Source of the DNA: an uncultured Chloroflexia bacterium
Lineage (GTDB): Bacteria > Chloroflexota > Anaerolineae > CG2-30-64-16
Direction of reading: 5' to 3'
Assembly (NCBI GenBank): GCA_963774265.1
Contig: CAVZDU010000001.1
Location: 384,001 to 448,000, forward strand
Length of the DNA: 64,000 bases
Under the pieces are notes generated by a model. It ran no database searches. It was not told the origin of the DNA and saw nothing but the letters and a program-made list of their open reading frames with translations. The translations under genes and the position numbers were made by a program. Shown here piece by piece: positions 52,064 through 61,651 of this stretch (position 1 is the stretch's first letter; each line of letters opens with the position of its first letter).

Positions 52064-54411
52064 GCGAAAACGTACGGGCGGACCTGTGTGTCCGCCCCCG
52101 TGTCCGCCCCATGAGCACACCCGCCCAAACTCACACTCACGCAGTGGGCGCTAACGCCGCGCGCATCGATGCACCGGGCAAGGTGACCGGTGAGACGCTC
52201 TACCCCGGTGATATCTCCTATGCAGACCAGCTTCATATGGCAACTTTGTTCGCCGGCCGCGTACATGCGCGCGTGCTGAGCATCAATACATCGGCTGCCG
52301 AGGCTGCGCCGGGCGTCGTAGCGGTGTTTACGGCAAAAGACGTGCCGGTGAACGAGTATGGACTCCAGATCAAGGACCAACCGGTCCTTTGCGGTCCCGG
52401 CTCGGCAAAACCTGGGACGGACGTGGTGCGCTTCGTCGGTGACCAGCTCGCGCTCGTGGTGGCTGAGACTGAGGGTCAGGCGCGCGCGGCGTGCAAGCTG
52501 ATTCGAGTCGAATGGGAAGATCTGCCCCTGGTGCTCGATGCTGAGGAAGCTATGCAGCCCGGCGCGTACCTGCTCCACCCGAACAGAGCCGACAACATCT
52601 GCTACAGCTACCGTATCCGCAAGGGCGACGTAGCGCAGGGATTTGCCGACGCCGACGTCGTCATCGAGGGAGTCTATCAGACGCCGGTGCAGGAGCATGC
52701 CTATCTCCAGCCCGAGGCGGGCGTGGCCCATATCGACGACGCGGGCCGCGTGACCGTGGAGGTCGCGGGTCAGTGGACGCACGTCGATCAGGAGTCGATC
52801 GCCCACGCCCTGGGCCTGCCCATCGACCAGGTCCGCGTCATCTACCCGGCCATCGGCGGCGCCTTCGGCGGCCGCGAGGACATGTCCGTACAGATCACGC
52901 TCGCGCTCGCAGCCTGGCGACTCGCCGAACGCGGGGTGCGGCGTCCCGTCAAGACCATCTGGACCCGCGAGGAGTCACTCGCCGGTCACGGCAAGCGCCA
53001 CACGATGAAGCTCTACACCAGATGGGGCGCGAAGAAAGACGGGATGTTGACAGCCATAGAGGTTAAGGTCATCGCAGATGGCGGCGCGTACATGTATACC
53101 AGCAACAAAGTGCTGGGCAACACCACGCTGACCTGCACCGGGCCTTACGCGGTTCCCCACGCGGCCGTCGATACCTACGCCGTTTACACAAATAACGTCC
53201 CGGGCGCCGCATTCCGTGGTTTCGGCGGCCCCCAGGGCCACTTTGCCGCCGAGACACAGATGGATCGCCTGGCCGAGGCGTTGGGTATGGACCCGGTCGA
53301 GCTGCGCCTGAAGAACATCCTCACTGAGGACAAGCTGCTCACCGTGGGCACCCCCATCCCTGGCGGTGTCGGCCTGACCGCGGTGGTGACCGCGGCAGCC
53401 GCCGCAGCTGGCTGGAAACAGGACGAAGCCGGACACTGGCGCCGACCGGCGTACGGGGCGTACGGGGCGTACGGGCGGACCTGCGTGTCCGCCCCCGTGT
53501 CCGCCCCCGTGTCCGCCCGTTCCACTTCCTCCACCATCAAGCGCGGCATTGGTTTTGCGGCAGGTTTCAAGAATGTGGGGTTCTCCTTCGGTTACCAGGA
53601 GAACAGCTACGCGCGCGTTGAGCTGCGGGGAACCGGGGAGATCGCCGAAGCCACCGTCTATTTTGCCGGCGCCGACTGCGGCCAGGGTAACCACACCATC
53701 ATCTCACAGGCCGCGGCCGAGGTTCTGGGCATCCCCCTTGCCCACGTGCGCGTCGTTGCATCCGACACCGCGCAAATGGGCAACGCCGGCAGCGCATCCG
53801 CCTCGCGCCTCACGTATATGAGTGCGAACGCTGTTAAGGGCGCGGCCGAAAAGGCGCTAACCGCCTGGCAAAACGAAGATCGCCCCGCAGTGGGTGAGAA
53901 CGTGTATCTTGCGCCCAAGACCACGCAGCTGGATCACGACACGGGTTACGGCAAACCCAACTTCGCGTATGGCTACACGGCGCAAGCTGTGCAGGTGGCC
54001 GTCGACACAGAAACCGGCCAGGTGCGCGTGGAGAAATTCATCTGTGCTGATGACGTGGGCAAGGCTGTCAATCCGCAGCAGGTCGTGGGACAGATCGAGG
54101 GGGCTGTCATTCAGGCGCTCGGCTACTCGCTCTTGGAGGATTGGAAAACCAAGGACGGCCGCGTCCTCACAGACAGACTCAGCACCTATCTGATCCCCAC
54201 CGTGCTGGATCTGCCCGACCAGCTCGAGTCGATCATCGTCGAGGTGCCGGACCCAAACGGCCCCTGGGGCGCTCGGGGCATGGGCGAAGTGCCCTACTTG
54301 CCCGTGGCGGCCGTCGTCGCTGCCGCGGTATACGATGCCATCGGCATAAGATTCAACGAGTTCCCGCTGACGCCAGAGCGAGTATGGCGTGGGCTGCAGA
54401 CAAAAAAGTAG
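52060..54411 (+). CDS. Xanthine dehydrogenase family molybdopterin-binding subunit 2
   Basis: QEHAYLQPE, GGAFGGREDMSVQ, AFRGFGGPQ, ASR, GARGMGE; ATG 52060 overlaps upstream TGA (alternative start 52111). Confidence 0.93.
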   Translation: MSENVRADLCVRPRVRPMSTPAQTHTHAVGANAARIDAPGKVTGETLYPGDISYADQLHMATLFAGRVHARVLSINTSAAEAAPGVVAVFTAKDVPVNEYGLQIKDQPVLCGPGSAKPGTDVVRFVGDQLALVVAETEGQARAACKLIRVEWEDLPLVLDAEEAMQPGAYLLHPNRADNICYSYRIRKGDVAQGFADADVVIEGVYQTPVQEHAYLQPEAGVAHIDDAGRVTVEVAGQWTHVDQESIAHALGLPIDQVRVIYPAIGGAFGGREDMSVQITLALAAWRLAERGVRRPVKTIWTREESLAGHGKRHTMKLYTRWGAKKDGMLTAIEVKVIADGGAYMYTSNKVLGNTTLTCTGPYAVPHAAVDTYAVYTNNVPGAAFRGFGGPQGHFAAETQMDRLAEALGMDPVELRLKNILTEDKLLTVGTPIPGGVGLTAVVTAAAAAAGWKQDEAGHWRRPAYGAYGAYGRTCVSAPVSAPVSARSTSSTIKRGIGFAAGFKNVGFSFGYQENSYARVELRGTGEIAEATVYFAGADCGQGNHTIISQAAAEVLGIPLAHVRVVASDTAQMGNAGSASASRLTYMSANAVKGAAEKALTAWQNEDRPAVGENVYLAPKTTQLDHDTGYGKPNFAYGYTAQAVQVAVDTETGQVRVEKFICADDVGKAVNPQQVVGQIEGAVIQALGYSLLEDWKTKDGRVLTDRLSTYLIPTVLDLPDQLESIIVEVPDPNGPWGARGMGEVPYLPVAAVVAAAVYDAIGIRFNEFPLTPERVWRGLQTKK
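52072..52110 (+). repeat. REP-like element in the 5' end of the Mo subunit 2 gene
   Basis: GTACGGGCGGACCTGTGTGTCCGCCCCCGTGTCCGCCCC between two in-frame ATGAGC. Confidence 0.9.
53451..53518 (+). repeat. REP-like element inserted in frame in Mo subunit 2
   Basis: (GTACGGGGC)2-GTACGGGCGGACCTGC-(GTGTCCGCCCCC)2-GTGTCCGCCC translated AYGAYGAYGRTCVSAPVSAPVSA. Confidence 0.92.
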
Positions 54412-54517
54412 AAACCGATTCAGCTCTTGAGACCCCGACACATGGCCCATGGGCTTTCTACAGCTCATGGGCTGTTTAGTGATGCTGGCTGTCAACCATC
54501 TTCTCAGGAGGAGACGC

Positions 54518-55102
54518 ATGTTGGAAGACCTTGTGCTGAAGAATCGCAGTTACCGGCGCTTCTACGAGGATGTATCGGTCGATAGGGCCACCCTGCGCGA
54601 GCTAATCGGGCTTGCGCGACTATCCGCGTCGGCGCGCAACCTGCAGCCGCTGCGCTATGTCCTCTGTGTTGATCGTGACACCAACGCTGCCGTTTTCTCC
54701 AGCCTGGCGTGGGCCGGCTATCTGAAGGACTGGCCCGGCCCGGTTGAGGGCGAGCGACCGGCGGCCTATATCGTCGTGTTGGCTGACACAACGCTTAGCA
54801 GCCAGGCTTATATCGGCGTTGACCACGGCCTGGCGGTGCAGAACATCTTGCTGGGTGCAGTCGAGGCTGGGCTGGGCGGCTGCATCATCGGCTCCATACA
54901 GCGCGATCGGCTGCGCCAGATCCTGGCAATCTCAGACCACTACGAAATCCTGGTGGTGTTGGCGTTGGGCAAGCCCAGGGAAACGGTCGTGATCGATCCT
55001 GTCGGCCCCGACGGCGACATCAAGTACTGGCGCGACGCCGACAGTGTCCACCACGTACCCAAGCGGTCGTTGGACGAACTCATCATTGGCGAGCGCGGGT
55101 AG
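54518..55102 (+). CDS. Nitroreductase family protein
   Basis: RSYRRF, ASARNLQP, WAGYL, D.GLAVQNILL.A..GLGGC, VPKRSL; RBS aggagg. Confidence 0.9.
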   Translation: MLEDLVLKNRSYRRFYEDVSVDRATLRELIGLARLSASARNLQPLRYVLCVDRDTNAAVFSSLAWAGYLKDWPGPVEGERPAAYIVVLADTTLSSQAYIGVDHGLAVQNILLGAVEAGLGGCIIGSIQRDRLRQILAISDHYEILVVLALGKPRETVVIDPVGPDGDIKYWRDADSVHHVPKRSLDELIIGERG

Positions 55103-55114
55103 GGAGGGGGTATC

Positions 55115-55915
55115 ATGGCAGATCGTGCCGGCGGCTACACTGAATATCGCTTCACCGCTGAATTCTACGACCACATCGCGCCCTACCGTGAGCGGCATGA
55201 CGTGGCCTTCTTTGTCGAGATGGCGCAGGCGTCGGGCGGCCCCGTGTTGGAAATTGGCTGCGGCACCGGCCGCGTGCTGATCCCCACAGCCCGCGCAGAT
55301 ATCAAGATCGTCGGCCTGGACCTGTCGCCGTCGATGCTGGCAGTCTGCCGGGGCAACCTGGCTGCGGAACCGGCTGAGGTGCAGGCACAGGTGCAGTTGG
55401 TGGAAGCCGACATGCGCGACTTCGACCTGGGCCGGAAGTTCGCCCTCGCCACCCTCCCGTTCCGACCGTTCCAGCATCTGACGAGCGTCGAAGACCAGTT
55501 GGCCTGCCTGGCTGCGATCCACCGCCATCTGCGCCCTGGCGGCCGACTGGTGCTCGACCTGTTCAATCCGTCGATGCCCTCTCTGGCTGCGCCGGAGCGA
55601 CTGGAAGAGTTCGGCGAAGAGCCGGAGTTTACCATGCCCGATGGCCGCCGCGTGCTGCGTCGGGCGCGCATTGCGGCGCGGGACTACTTCACGCAGGTGC
55701 AAGACACTGAGCTGATCTACTACGTGACCCACGGGGACGGCCGGCAGGAACGCCTGGTGCACGCCTTCCCCATGCGTTACCTGTTCCGCTTCGAGGCCGA
55801 GCACCTGCTGGCCAGATGTGGGTTTGAGGTCGAAGCGCTGTATAGCGACTACGACCGCAGCCCCTATGGATCGCAGTATCCGGGTGAGCTCATCTTCGTG
55901 GCGCGCAAGGGCTGA
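55115..55915 (+). CDS. Class I SAM-dependent methyltransferase
   Basis: VLEIGCGTGR, GLDLS..ML, ADMRDF, HLRPGG. Confidence 0.92.
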   Translation: MADRAGGYTEYRFTAEFYDHIAPYRERHDVAFFVEMAQASGGPVLEIGCGTGRVLIPTARADIKIVGLDLSPSMLAVCRGNLAAEPAEVQAQVQLVEADMRDFDLGRKFALATLPFRPFQHLTSVEDQLACLAAIHRHLRPGGRLVLDLFNPSMPSLAAPERLEEFGEEPEFTMPDGRRVLRRARIAARDYFTQVQDTELIYYVTHGDGRQERLVHAFPMRYLFRFEAEHLLARCGFEVEALYSDYDRSPYGSQYPGELIFVARKG

Positions 55916-55927
55916 TCGCGAAGACTG

Positions 55928-58477
55928 ATGCTCTCGCCGCGCGCATGGTATACTCCCGCAGTGATGACGCGGTATCGCCTTACCCTGGTCTGCCTGTTCC
56001 TTTTCGCCGTCGCACTGGCGCTGCGCCTGGCAGGACTGGGCACCTTCCTGACCCCGGACGAAAACCTGTGGGCAGCGCGCACGGCCCAGTTCCTGGCCGC
56101 GCTGAACGCCCACGATTGGGCTGCGACCAGCATCACGGGGCATCCCGGCGTCACCACAATGTGGGCCGGGAGCCTGGGATTGATCGCCAAGTGGCTGTTC
56201 GCACGTTCTCCCGGTGCGACCAGCTTCCTGGCTTCGGTGAACGAGCTAGCCGCAGACCCTGTGCGGCTCGACTTCTTGCTATGGCTGCGCATGCCGGTTG
56301 CCCTGGCCTGCGCCGCAGCGATCATCATAGTCTACCTGCTCGCGCGGCGGGTAATGGACGAACGCGCGGCCCTGTTGGGCGCCGGGCTGCTTGTCTTTGA
56401 CCCGTTCCTGTTGGCCCATGGTCGCTTGCTGCAGATGGATGGACTGCTCGCCGCAGGAATAGCGGTGGCGTGGCTGGCACTTCTGGCGGCGCTCCATACG
56501 GGACGGCGCCGATTCTATATACTCAGCGGCCTTAGCATCGGGGCTGCCTTGCTGACCAAGTCACCGGCCCTGGTGATGGGTCCGCTGATGCTCGGCGCGA
56601 TCGTCCTGGTGCGCCTGAGACAGCAGGCGCCGACTTCCGCCAGGCTGCGCCGGATCGGCGCGGATCTGTTGTGGACGGGCGTTCCCGCCGCGATCATCAT
56701 CTTTCTGCTTTGGCCTGCGATGTGGGTGGAGCCGCGCGCTGCGCTGGGCAACGTCTGGGGATTGATGACCACCTACGGCGGCGATGCACACGAGTTGGGC
56801 AGCTATTGGCTGGGGAAGCCGACGCCGGAGCCCGGCGCGCTCTTCTACGCGGCGACCCTGGCGCTGCGGACGACGCCGGTAACCTCGATCGGGTTGCTGC
56901 AAGCCCTTGCAGCAGGCTTTCTCCATCGCGAGATCGCTCCGCCTACAGGGAACCGCCACGCCGGCTGGGCGCTGCTGGCCTTCGTACTCTGGTTCGGCAT
57001 CATGCTGACCCTGGGCGCCAAGAAACTCGACCGATACCTGTTGCCGATCTTTCCCGCAGTTGATCTGCTGGCCGCATGGGGTTGGACGCACGCACTCTGT
57101 TGGGTGGCCGCTCGAGCGCGACAGCATCCCTTAGGACTGCGCACCTTGAGAGCTAAGAACCAGCCCAGTGCGATAACGAAGCTGCCATGGGTAGGCGCCG
57201 CACTGTTGGGAATCATCCCTGTGGGACTGGTGGGCATCCAGGCCTGGGGCGCGCTGGCCGAGCGGCCAAGCTACCTGACTGCCTTCAACCCGCTGGCGGG
57301 AGGAATTCGTGCGGCGGCGCGCACCCTCCCGGTCGGTTGGGGCGAGGGATTGGAAGAGGCCGCCGCCTACCTGAACGATTTGCCGGGCGCCGGATTGGGA
57401 ACCATCCCTGTGGGAACCGGCCACGCCGCCGCCTGGTATGGCAAGAATGTTTTCGGCGCGTTTTACCGTGGCGCCAGCTTTGACCTCTATTACGATACCC
57501 CTGTCGCCACAGACCTCTACGCCCGCGACATAGATTGGGTCATCACCTACATCAATCAGGAGCAGCGCGGCCTGGTGGATCCATCGGTAGCCACCCGGCT
57601 CGGCACGCCGCTGCACACTGTGGCGCGGGATGGTGTCACCCTGGCCAGCGTGTACGCCTGGCCGAAGCCATTCGCACACACGAGTGATCGGCGGATCGGC
57701 GAAGGATTGCGGCTGTTGGGGTGGCAGGTGGGCGATCACAACCGGCGCGAAGGTGCACTGCCGGTGGCCCTCTACTGGGACGCGACAGAAGCCGCAGCCG
57801 TCCCTGGACAGCGCGTGGTGATCTGGATGAAGGATGCTGCGGGCGAAGTCTGGACCACCGCGGAGGAGACGACTGGGAATAGTCTCTTTGGGACCGAAAT
57901 AGATCCTGTGGGCGGAGATCCATCCCCGTGGGAGCAGCCCGTCGTGGTCCAGTCGTTCGCGCTGCACCCACCCATCGGCCTCAGCCCCGGCGTCTATCGT
58001 ATCGAGATCGCGCCCTTTGCCGGAAACGCCACTGAGCTGGCGGTGCTGGAGATCGGGGCCACGCGTCTGTCCGAGGTGGCTTCGCTTGGCCCCCAGGTGG
58101 TGACGCCACCGGGAGAGGTCCGCTTCGGCGATGTCGCTCGTTTGATCGGGTCCAGCCTGGACACTACGGGCGAGTCCTGGACGGTGGACCTGGTCTGGGC
58201 GTGGCTGGTTTCGCTGGGAGAGCCTCATCATTACTTCATACACGTGGTGGGCGCTGACGACACGATCATCACGCAGCAGGATGGCCCCCTGGCCCAAGCG
58301 GGTGGCCCCGACGAACTGACGCGCCAGCGCATTCATTTGGCTATCCCATCGGGGATGCCTGCGGCTTATCGCGTCTATGTGGGCGTCTACAGGCCGCGGG
58401 ACGGCGCGCGGCTGCCACTCGCAATAAACAACCAGCCCGCGCCTGACGGTCGCTACCTGCTCGCGACATGGCCGTAA
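55928..58477 (+). CDS. GT39/PMT-ArnT-like membrane glycosyltransferase with extracellular C-terminal domain
   Basis: TPDE, HPG, multiple TM helices, ALLTKSPA, RYLLP, C-terminal FGD..RL.G and YVGVY...G.RLP repeats. Confidence 0.8.
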   Translation: MLSPRAWYTPAVMTRYRLTLVCLFLFAVALALRLAGLGTFLTPDENLWAARTAQFLAALNAHDWAATSITGHPGVTTMWAGSLGLIAKWLFARSPGATSFLASVNELAADPVRLDFLLWLRMPVALACAAAIIIVYLLARRVMDERAALLGAGLLVFDPFLLAHGRLLQMDGLLAAGIAVAWLALLAALHTGRRRFYILSGLSIGAALLTKSPALVMGPLMLGAIVLVRLRQQAPTSARLRRIGADLLWTGVPAAIIIFLLWPAMWVEPRAALGNVWGLMTTYGGDAHELGSYWLGKPTPEPGALFYAATLALRTTPVTSIGLLQALAAGFLHREIAPPTGNRHAGWALLAFVLWFGIMLTLGAKKLDRYLLPIFPAVDLLAAWGWTHALCWVAARARQHPLGLRTLRAKNQPSAITKLPWVGAALLGIIPVGLVGIQAWGALAERPSYLTAFNPLAGGIRAAARTLPVGWGEGLEEAAAYLNDLPGAGLGTIPVGTGHAAAWYGKNVFGAFYRGASFDLYYDTPVATDLYARDIDWVITYINQEQRGLVDPSVATRLGTPLHTVARDGVTLASVYAWPKPFAHTSDRRIGEGLRLLGWQVGDHNRREGALPVALYWDATEAAAVPGQRVVIWMKDAAGEVWTTAEETTGNSLFGTEIDPVGGDPSPWEQPVVVQSFALHPPIGLSPGVYRIEIAPFAGNATELAVLEIGATRLSEVASLGPQVVTPPGEVRFGDVARLIGSSLDTTGESWTVDLVWAWLVSLGEPHHYFIHVVGADDTIITQQDGPLAQAGGPDELTRQRIHLAIPSGMPAAYRVYVGVYRPRDGARLPLAINNQPAPDGRYLLATWP

Positions 58478-58481
58478 GCGC

Positions 58482-60158
58482 ATGGAAGATGTCGGGGTCT
58501 TGGAGACCGCTCGTATGTCAGATCTGAGATTCGTTTCGCGCCGATCGCCTGTCTATGGCCAACGCGGCATGGTGGCGACTTCACAGCCTCTGGCCGTGGC
58601 AGCCGGGCTGGACGCTCTGGCTGCGGGAGGCAACGCAGCCGATGCGGCAGTGGCCACCGCAGCAGCTCTCAACGTCACCGAACCGACGTCGACCGGCATC
58701 GGAGGCGACTGCTTTGCGCTCTTCTACGAGGCCGCGACTGGGCAGGTCACTGCGCTCAACGGATCAGGTCGCGCTCCGGCAGCATTGACCCTGGAACGAC
58801 TCGCTCGAGAAGGCTTCGAGTTTGAGTTGCCACCATTCCATGCACACACGGTCACCGTACCCGGAGCATGCGGCGGGTGGTGCGACTTGGTTGAGCGTCA
58901 CGGCCGCCTGGCGATGCCCCAAATCCTGGCCCCTGCGATCCGCCTGGCCGAAGAAGGTTTCCCGGTTGCGCCCATCACCGCCCACTTCTGGGAGCGCGGC
59001 GTAGAGCGCCAATTGCGCCACGCCTTGGGCGGTCTGGCGCTGACCATCGACGGCCGCGCACCCCGGGCGGGGGAGATCTTCCGGAACCCAGGTCTTGCCC
59101 GCACGCTGCGGATTGTCGCCGAGGGTGGCAAGGCGGCCTTCTATGAAGGCGAAATCGCCCACGACATCGCTGCGGCCGTTCAGGCATCCGGTGGGGTGCT
59201 CAATGAGCAGGATCTGGCCGAGCATCGAAGCACATGGGATCAGCCGATCAGCACAACCTATCGCGGCATCCGCCTCTGGGAATGTCCCCCGAATGGCCAG
59301 GGGCTTGCCGCGCTGTTGGCGCTGAACATTCTGGAAGCGTTTGACCTCCAAACACTCGATCCACTGTCTCCCGAACGGCTGCATCTTCAAATTGAGGCGA
59401 TGCGGATTGCCTTTGCCGACACGCGATGGTACGTGGCCGACCCCGCCTTTAGTCCGGCGCCCCTCGATGCACTGCTATCCAAGATCTACGCCGAGGAACG
59501 CAGAAAGCTGATCGACCCCAAGCGCGCCACAGTAGACCCGGTCCACGGTAGCCCCACTAGTGGCTCCAATACGGTTTACCTGACCGTAGTAGATGGCGAG
59601 GGCAACGCGTGCTCGTTCATCAACAGCAACTATGCGGGCTTCGGCACGGGCATCGTCCCGAGCGGCCGCGGCTTCACACTGCAAAATCGAGGGCATAATT
59701 TCACCCTGGAGCCGGGTCATCCGAACGCGCTGGCTCCACGAAAAAGGCCCTATCACACGATCATCCCTGCCTTGGCTACACGCGAAGCAGACGGAAGCCT
59801 GTACGCCAGCTTCGGCGTAATGGGAGGCTTCATGCAGCCGCAAGGACACCTGCAGGTGCTGTCTGCGCTCGTCGATGACGCCGTGGACCCGCAGGCCGCG
59901 CTCGATCGGCCGCGCTTCTGCATTACCATACCGGGCGCCACACCCCAAGAAACTCTGACTGACGGTATTGCATTAGAAGAGGGCATTCCTGCCTCGACGC
60001 TCGCGGCGCTGCAAGAAATGGGACACTCTGTCAGTCTTGTGAGTGGCCTCGACCGGGCTGTGTTCGGCCGCGGCCAAATCATCCTGCGCGACCCTGAGTC
60101 CGGCATCCTGACCGGAGGCAGCGACCCGCGCGCTGACGGATGCGCCATGTGTCTATAG
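58482..60158 (+). CDS. ggt: Gamma-glutamyltransferase family Ntn hydrolase
   Basis: ATSQPLA, GGNAADAA, GIGGD, TVPG, PPNGQG, N-TVYL nucleophile, KRPYHTIIP, GVMGGFMQPQG, GSDPRADG. Confidence 0.9.
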   Translation: MEDVGVLETARMSDLRFVSRRSPVYGQRGMVATSQPLAVAAGLDALAAGGNAADAAVATAAALNVTEPTSTGIGGDCFALFYEAATGQVTALNGSGRAPAALTLERLAREGFEFELPPFHAHTVTVPGACGGWCDLVERHGRLAMPQILAPAIRLAEEGFPVAPITAHFWERGVERQLRHALGGLALTIDGRAPRAGEIFRNPGLARTLRIVAEGGKAAFYEGEIAHDIAAAVQASGGVLNEQDLAEHRSTWDQPISTTYRGIRLWECPPNGQGLAALLALNILEAFDLQTLDPLSPERLHLQIEAMRIAFADTRWYVADPAFSPAPLDALLSKIYAEERRKLIDPKRATVDPVHGSPTSGSNTVYLTVVDGEGNACSFINSNYAGFGTGIVPSGRGFTLQNRGHNFTLEPGHPNALAPRKRPYHTIIPALATREADGSLYASFGVMGGFMQPQGHLQVLSALVDDAVDPQAALDRPRFCITIPGATPQETLTDGIALEEGIPASTLAALQEMGHSVSLVSGLDRAVFGRGQIILRDPESGILTGGSDPRADGCAMCL

Positions 60159-60238
60159 GAGCCAAGTGCATAAGTCCGACCGTTGGCCGAAAGGCGAACG
60201 ACATCTCTGCAAAGGTCTGACTCTCGACACAACCGAAA

Positions 60239-61651
60239 ATGACGCCGAATATCCCTTCTGCCTTTTTGAGCCGCATGTCCGCCCTCCTGGGCGACGAATT
60301 CCCGGCTTTCCTGGCGAGTTATGAGCAGCCGCCTATGACCGGTCTGCGCGCCAACACGCTGAAAATCGTCCCTCAAACTCTGGCAGAATCGCTATCCATT
60401 GATCTGACGCCGGTGCCTTGGTCGACCGACGCCTTCCTGGTTGCGGCGGCCGACCATGCACGCCCAGGCAAGCACCCCTACCACGCGGCCGGGCTTTATT
60501 ACCTGCAAGATCCCTCGGCTATGATGCCTGTGGAGGTCCTCGATCCGCAGCCGGGTGAGACAGTGCTCGATCTTTCAGCCGCGCCGGGCGGCAAGTCAAC
60601 CCAGATCGCAGCGCGCCTGGCCGGACGTGGGCTGCTGATCGCCAATGAGGTGGTGCAAAAGCGCGGGTGGGAGCTGGCCGGAAACCTGGAACGCTGGGGA
60701 GCCACAAATGTGGCCATTACCGCGGAAACCCCTGAGCGTCTTGCCGAACGGTTCCCGGATTTCTTCGATGCAGTGCTCGTCGACGCGCCCTGTTCCGGTG
60801 AAGGAATGTTTCGCAAGAGCCTGGCCGCCCGGCGAGCCTGGACCCCTGCCCTGGTCGAAGGATGCGCGTTGAGACAGAAGGGCATCCTGGAGCAAGCAGC
60901 GCTGCTGGTGCGACCAGGGGGCCGGCTCGTCTATTCGACCTGCACGTTCGCTCCCGAAGAGGATGAGGGCGCCGTTGTGCGCTTTCTGACGCGCCACCCT
61001 GAATTCACGCTTGCCGAGCCGCCGGCGCGCCCCGGCTTTTGTCCAGGCCGCCCGGATTGGTTGCCGCCCCAACTGCTGGCGAAGCAGCCTTACGGACAGC
61101 AGCCGGAGCTTGCACGCTGTGTCCGCCTGTGGCCGCATCGGGGCCCCGGCGAGGGGCATTTCGCCGCTTTATTGGTGAAGTCAGAGCTGGCGGCGCACAT
61201 GTCGGAGACCTCCGCCCGCCGGCCTACACGTCTGCCAAAAGTCGCGCAGTCCGCCTTCGATGCGTTCGCCACAAAAGCACTGACAGATGCGCCGGCGGAG
61301 GCCTCCCTGGCTCTGATCGGCTCCTACCTCTACGCACTCCCTGTTGGCCTGCCGGATCTCAGCCGATTGCGCTTTCTCCATCCAGGCTGGTGGCTGGGAG
61401 AACTTAAGAAGGATCGCTTCGAGCCAAGCCATGCGTTCGCGTTGGGGCTGGCCCCTTCCGAGGTGCGGCAGGTTGTGGATTATCCCGCAGACAGCGACGA
61501 TCTTCTTGCCTATCTTCGCGGCGAAACGCTCGCCTCTTCCGGCGAAGACGGTTGGACATTGGTGGCGGTGGACGGATTTTCGCTGGGCTGGGGCAAGCGC
61601 GTCGCGGGTCGCCTGAAAAGCCACTACCCGAAGGGGTTGCGTCGGGTTTAG
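60239..61651 (+). CDS. RsmF/RsmB (NOL1/NOP2/Sun) RNA m5C methyltransferase
   Basis: YYLQDPSA, DLSAAPGGKS, DAPCSGEGMFRK, YSTCTF, GEGHF, RFEPSHA, YPKGLR. Confidence 0.92.
   Translation: MTPNIPSAFLSRMSALLGDEFPAFLASYEQPPMTGLRANTLKIVPQTLAESLSIDLTPVPWSTDAFLVAAADHARPGKHPYHAAGLYYLQDPSAMMPVEVLDPQPGETVLDLSAAPGGKSTQIAARLAGRGLLIANEVVQKRGWELAGNLERWGATNVAITAETPERLAERFPDFFDAVLVDAPCSGEGMFRKSLAARRAWTPALVEGCALRQKGILEQAALLVRPGGRLVYSTCTFAPEEDEGAVVRFLTRHPEFTLAEPPARPGFCPGRPDWLPPQLLAKQPYGQQPELARCVRLWPHRGPGEGHFAALLVKSELAAHMSETSARRPTRLPKVAQSAFDAFATKALTDAPAEASLALIGSYLYALPVGLPDLSRLRFLHPGWWLGELKKDRFEPSHAFALGLAPSEVRQVVDYPADSDDLLAYLRGETLASSGEDGWTLVAVDGFSLGWGKRVAGRLKSHYPKGLRRV

Noticed and set aside
33889-54411. Selenocysteine read-through in the selenium-linked cluster
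   Set aside because: No in-frame TGA seen at a conserved Cys position; the Se link is via YqeC-type labile selenium
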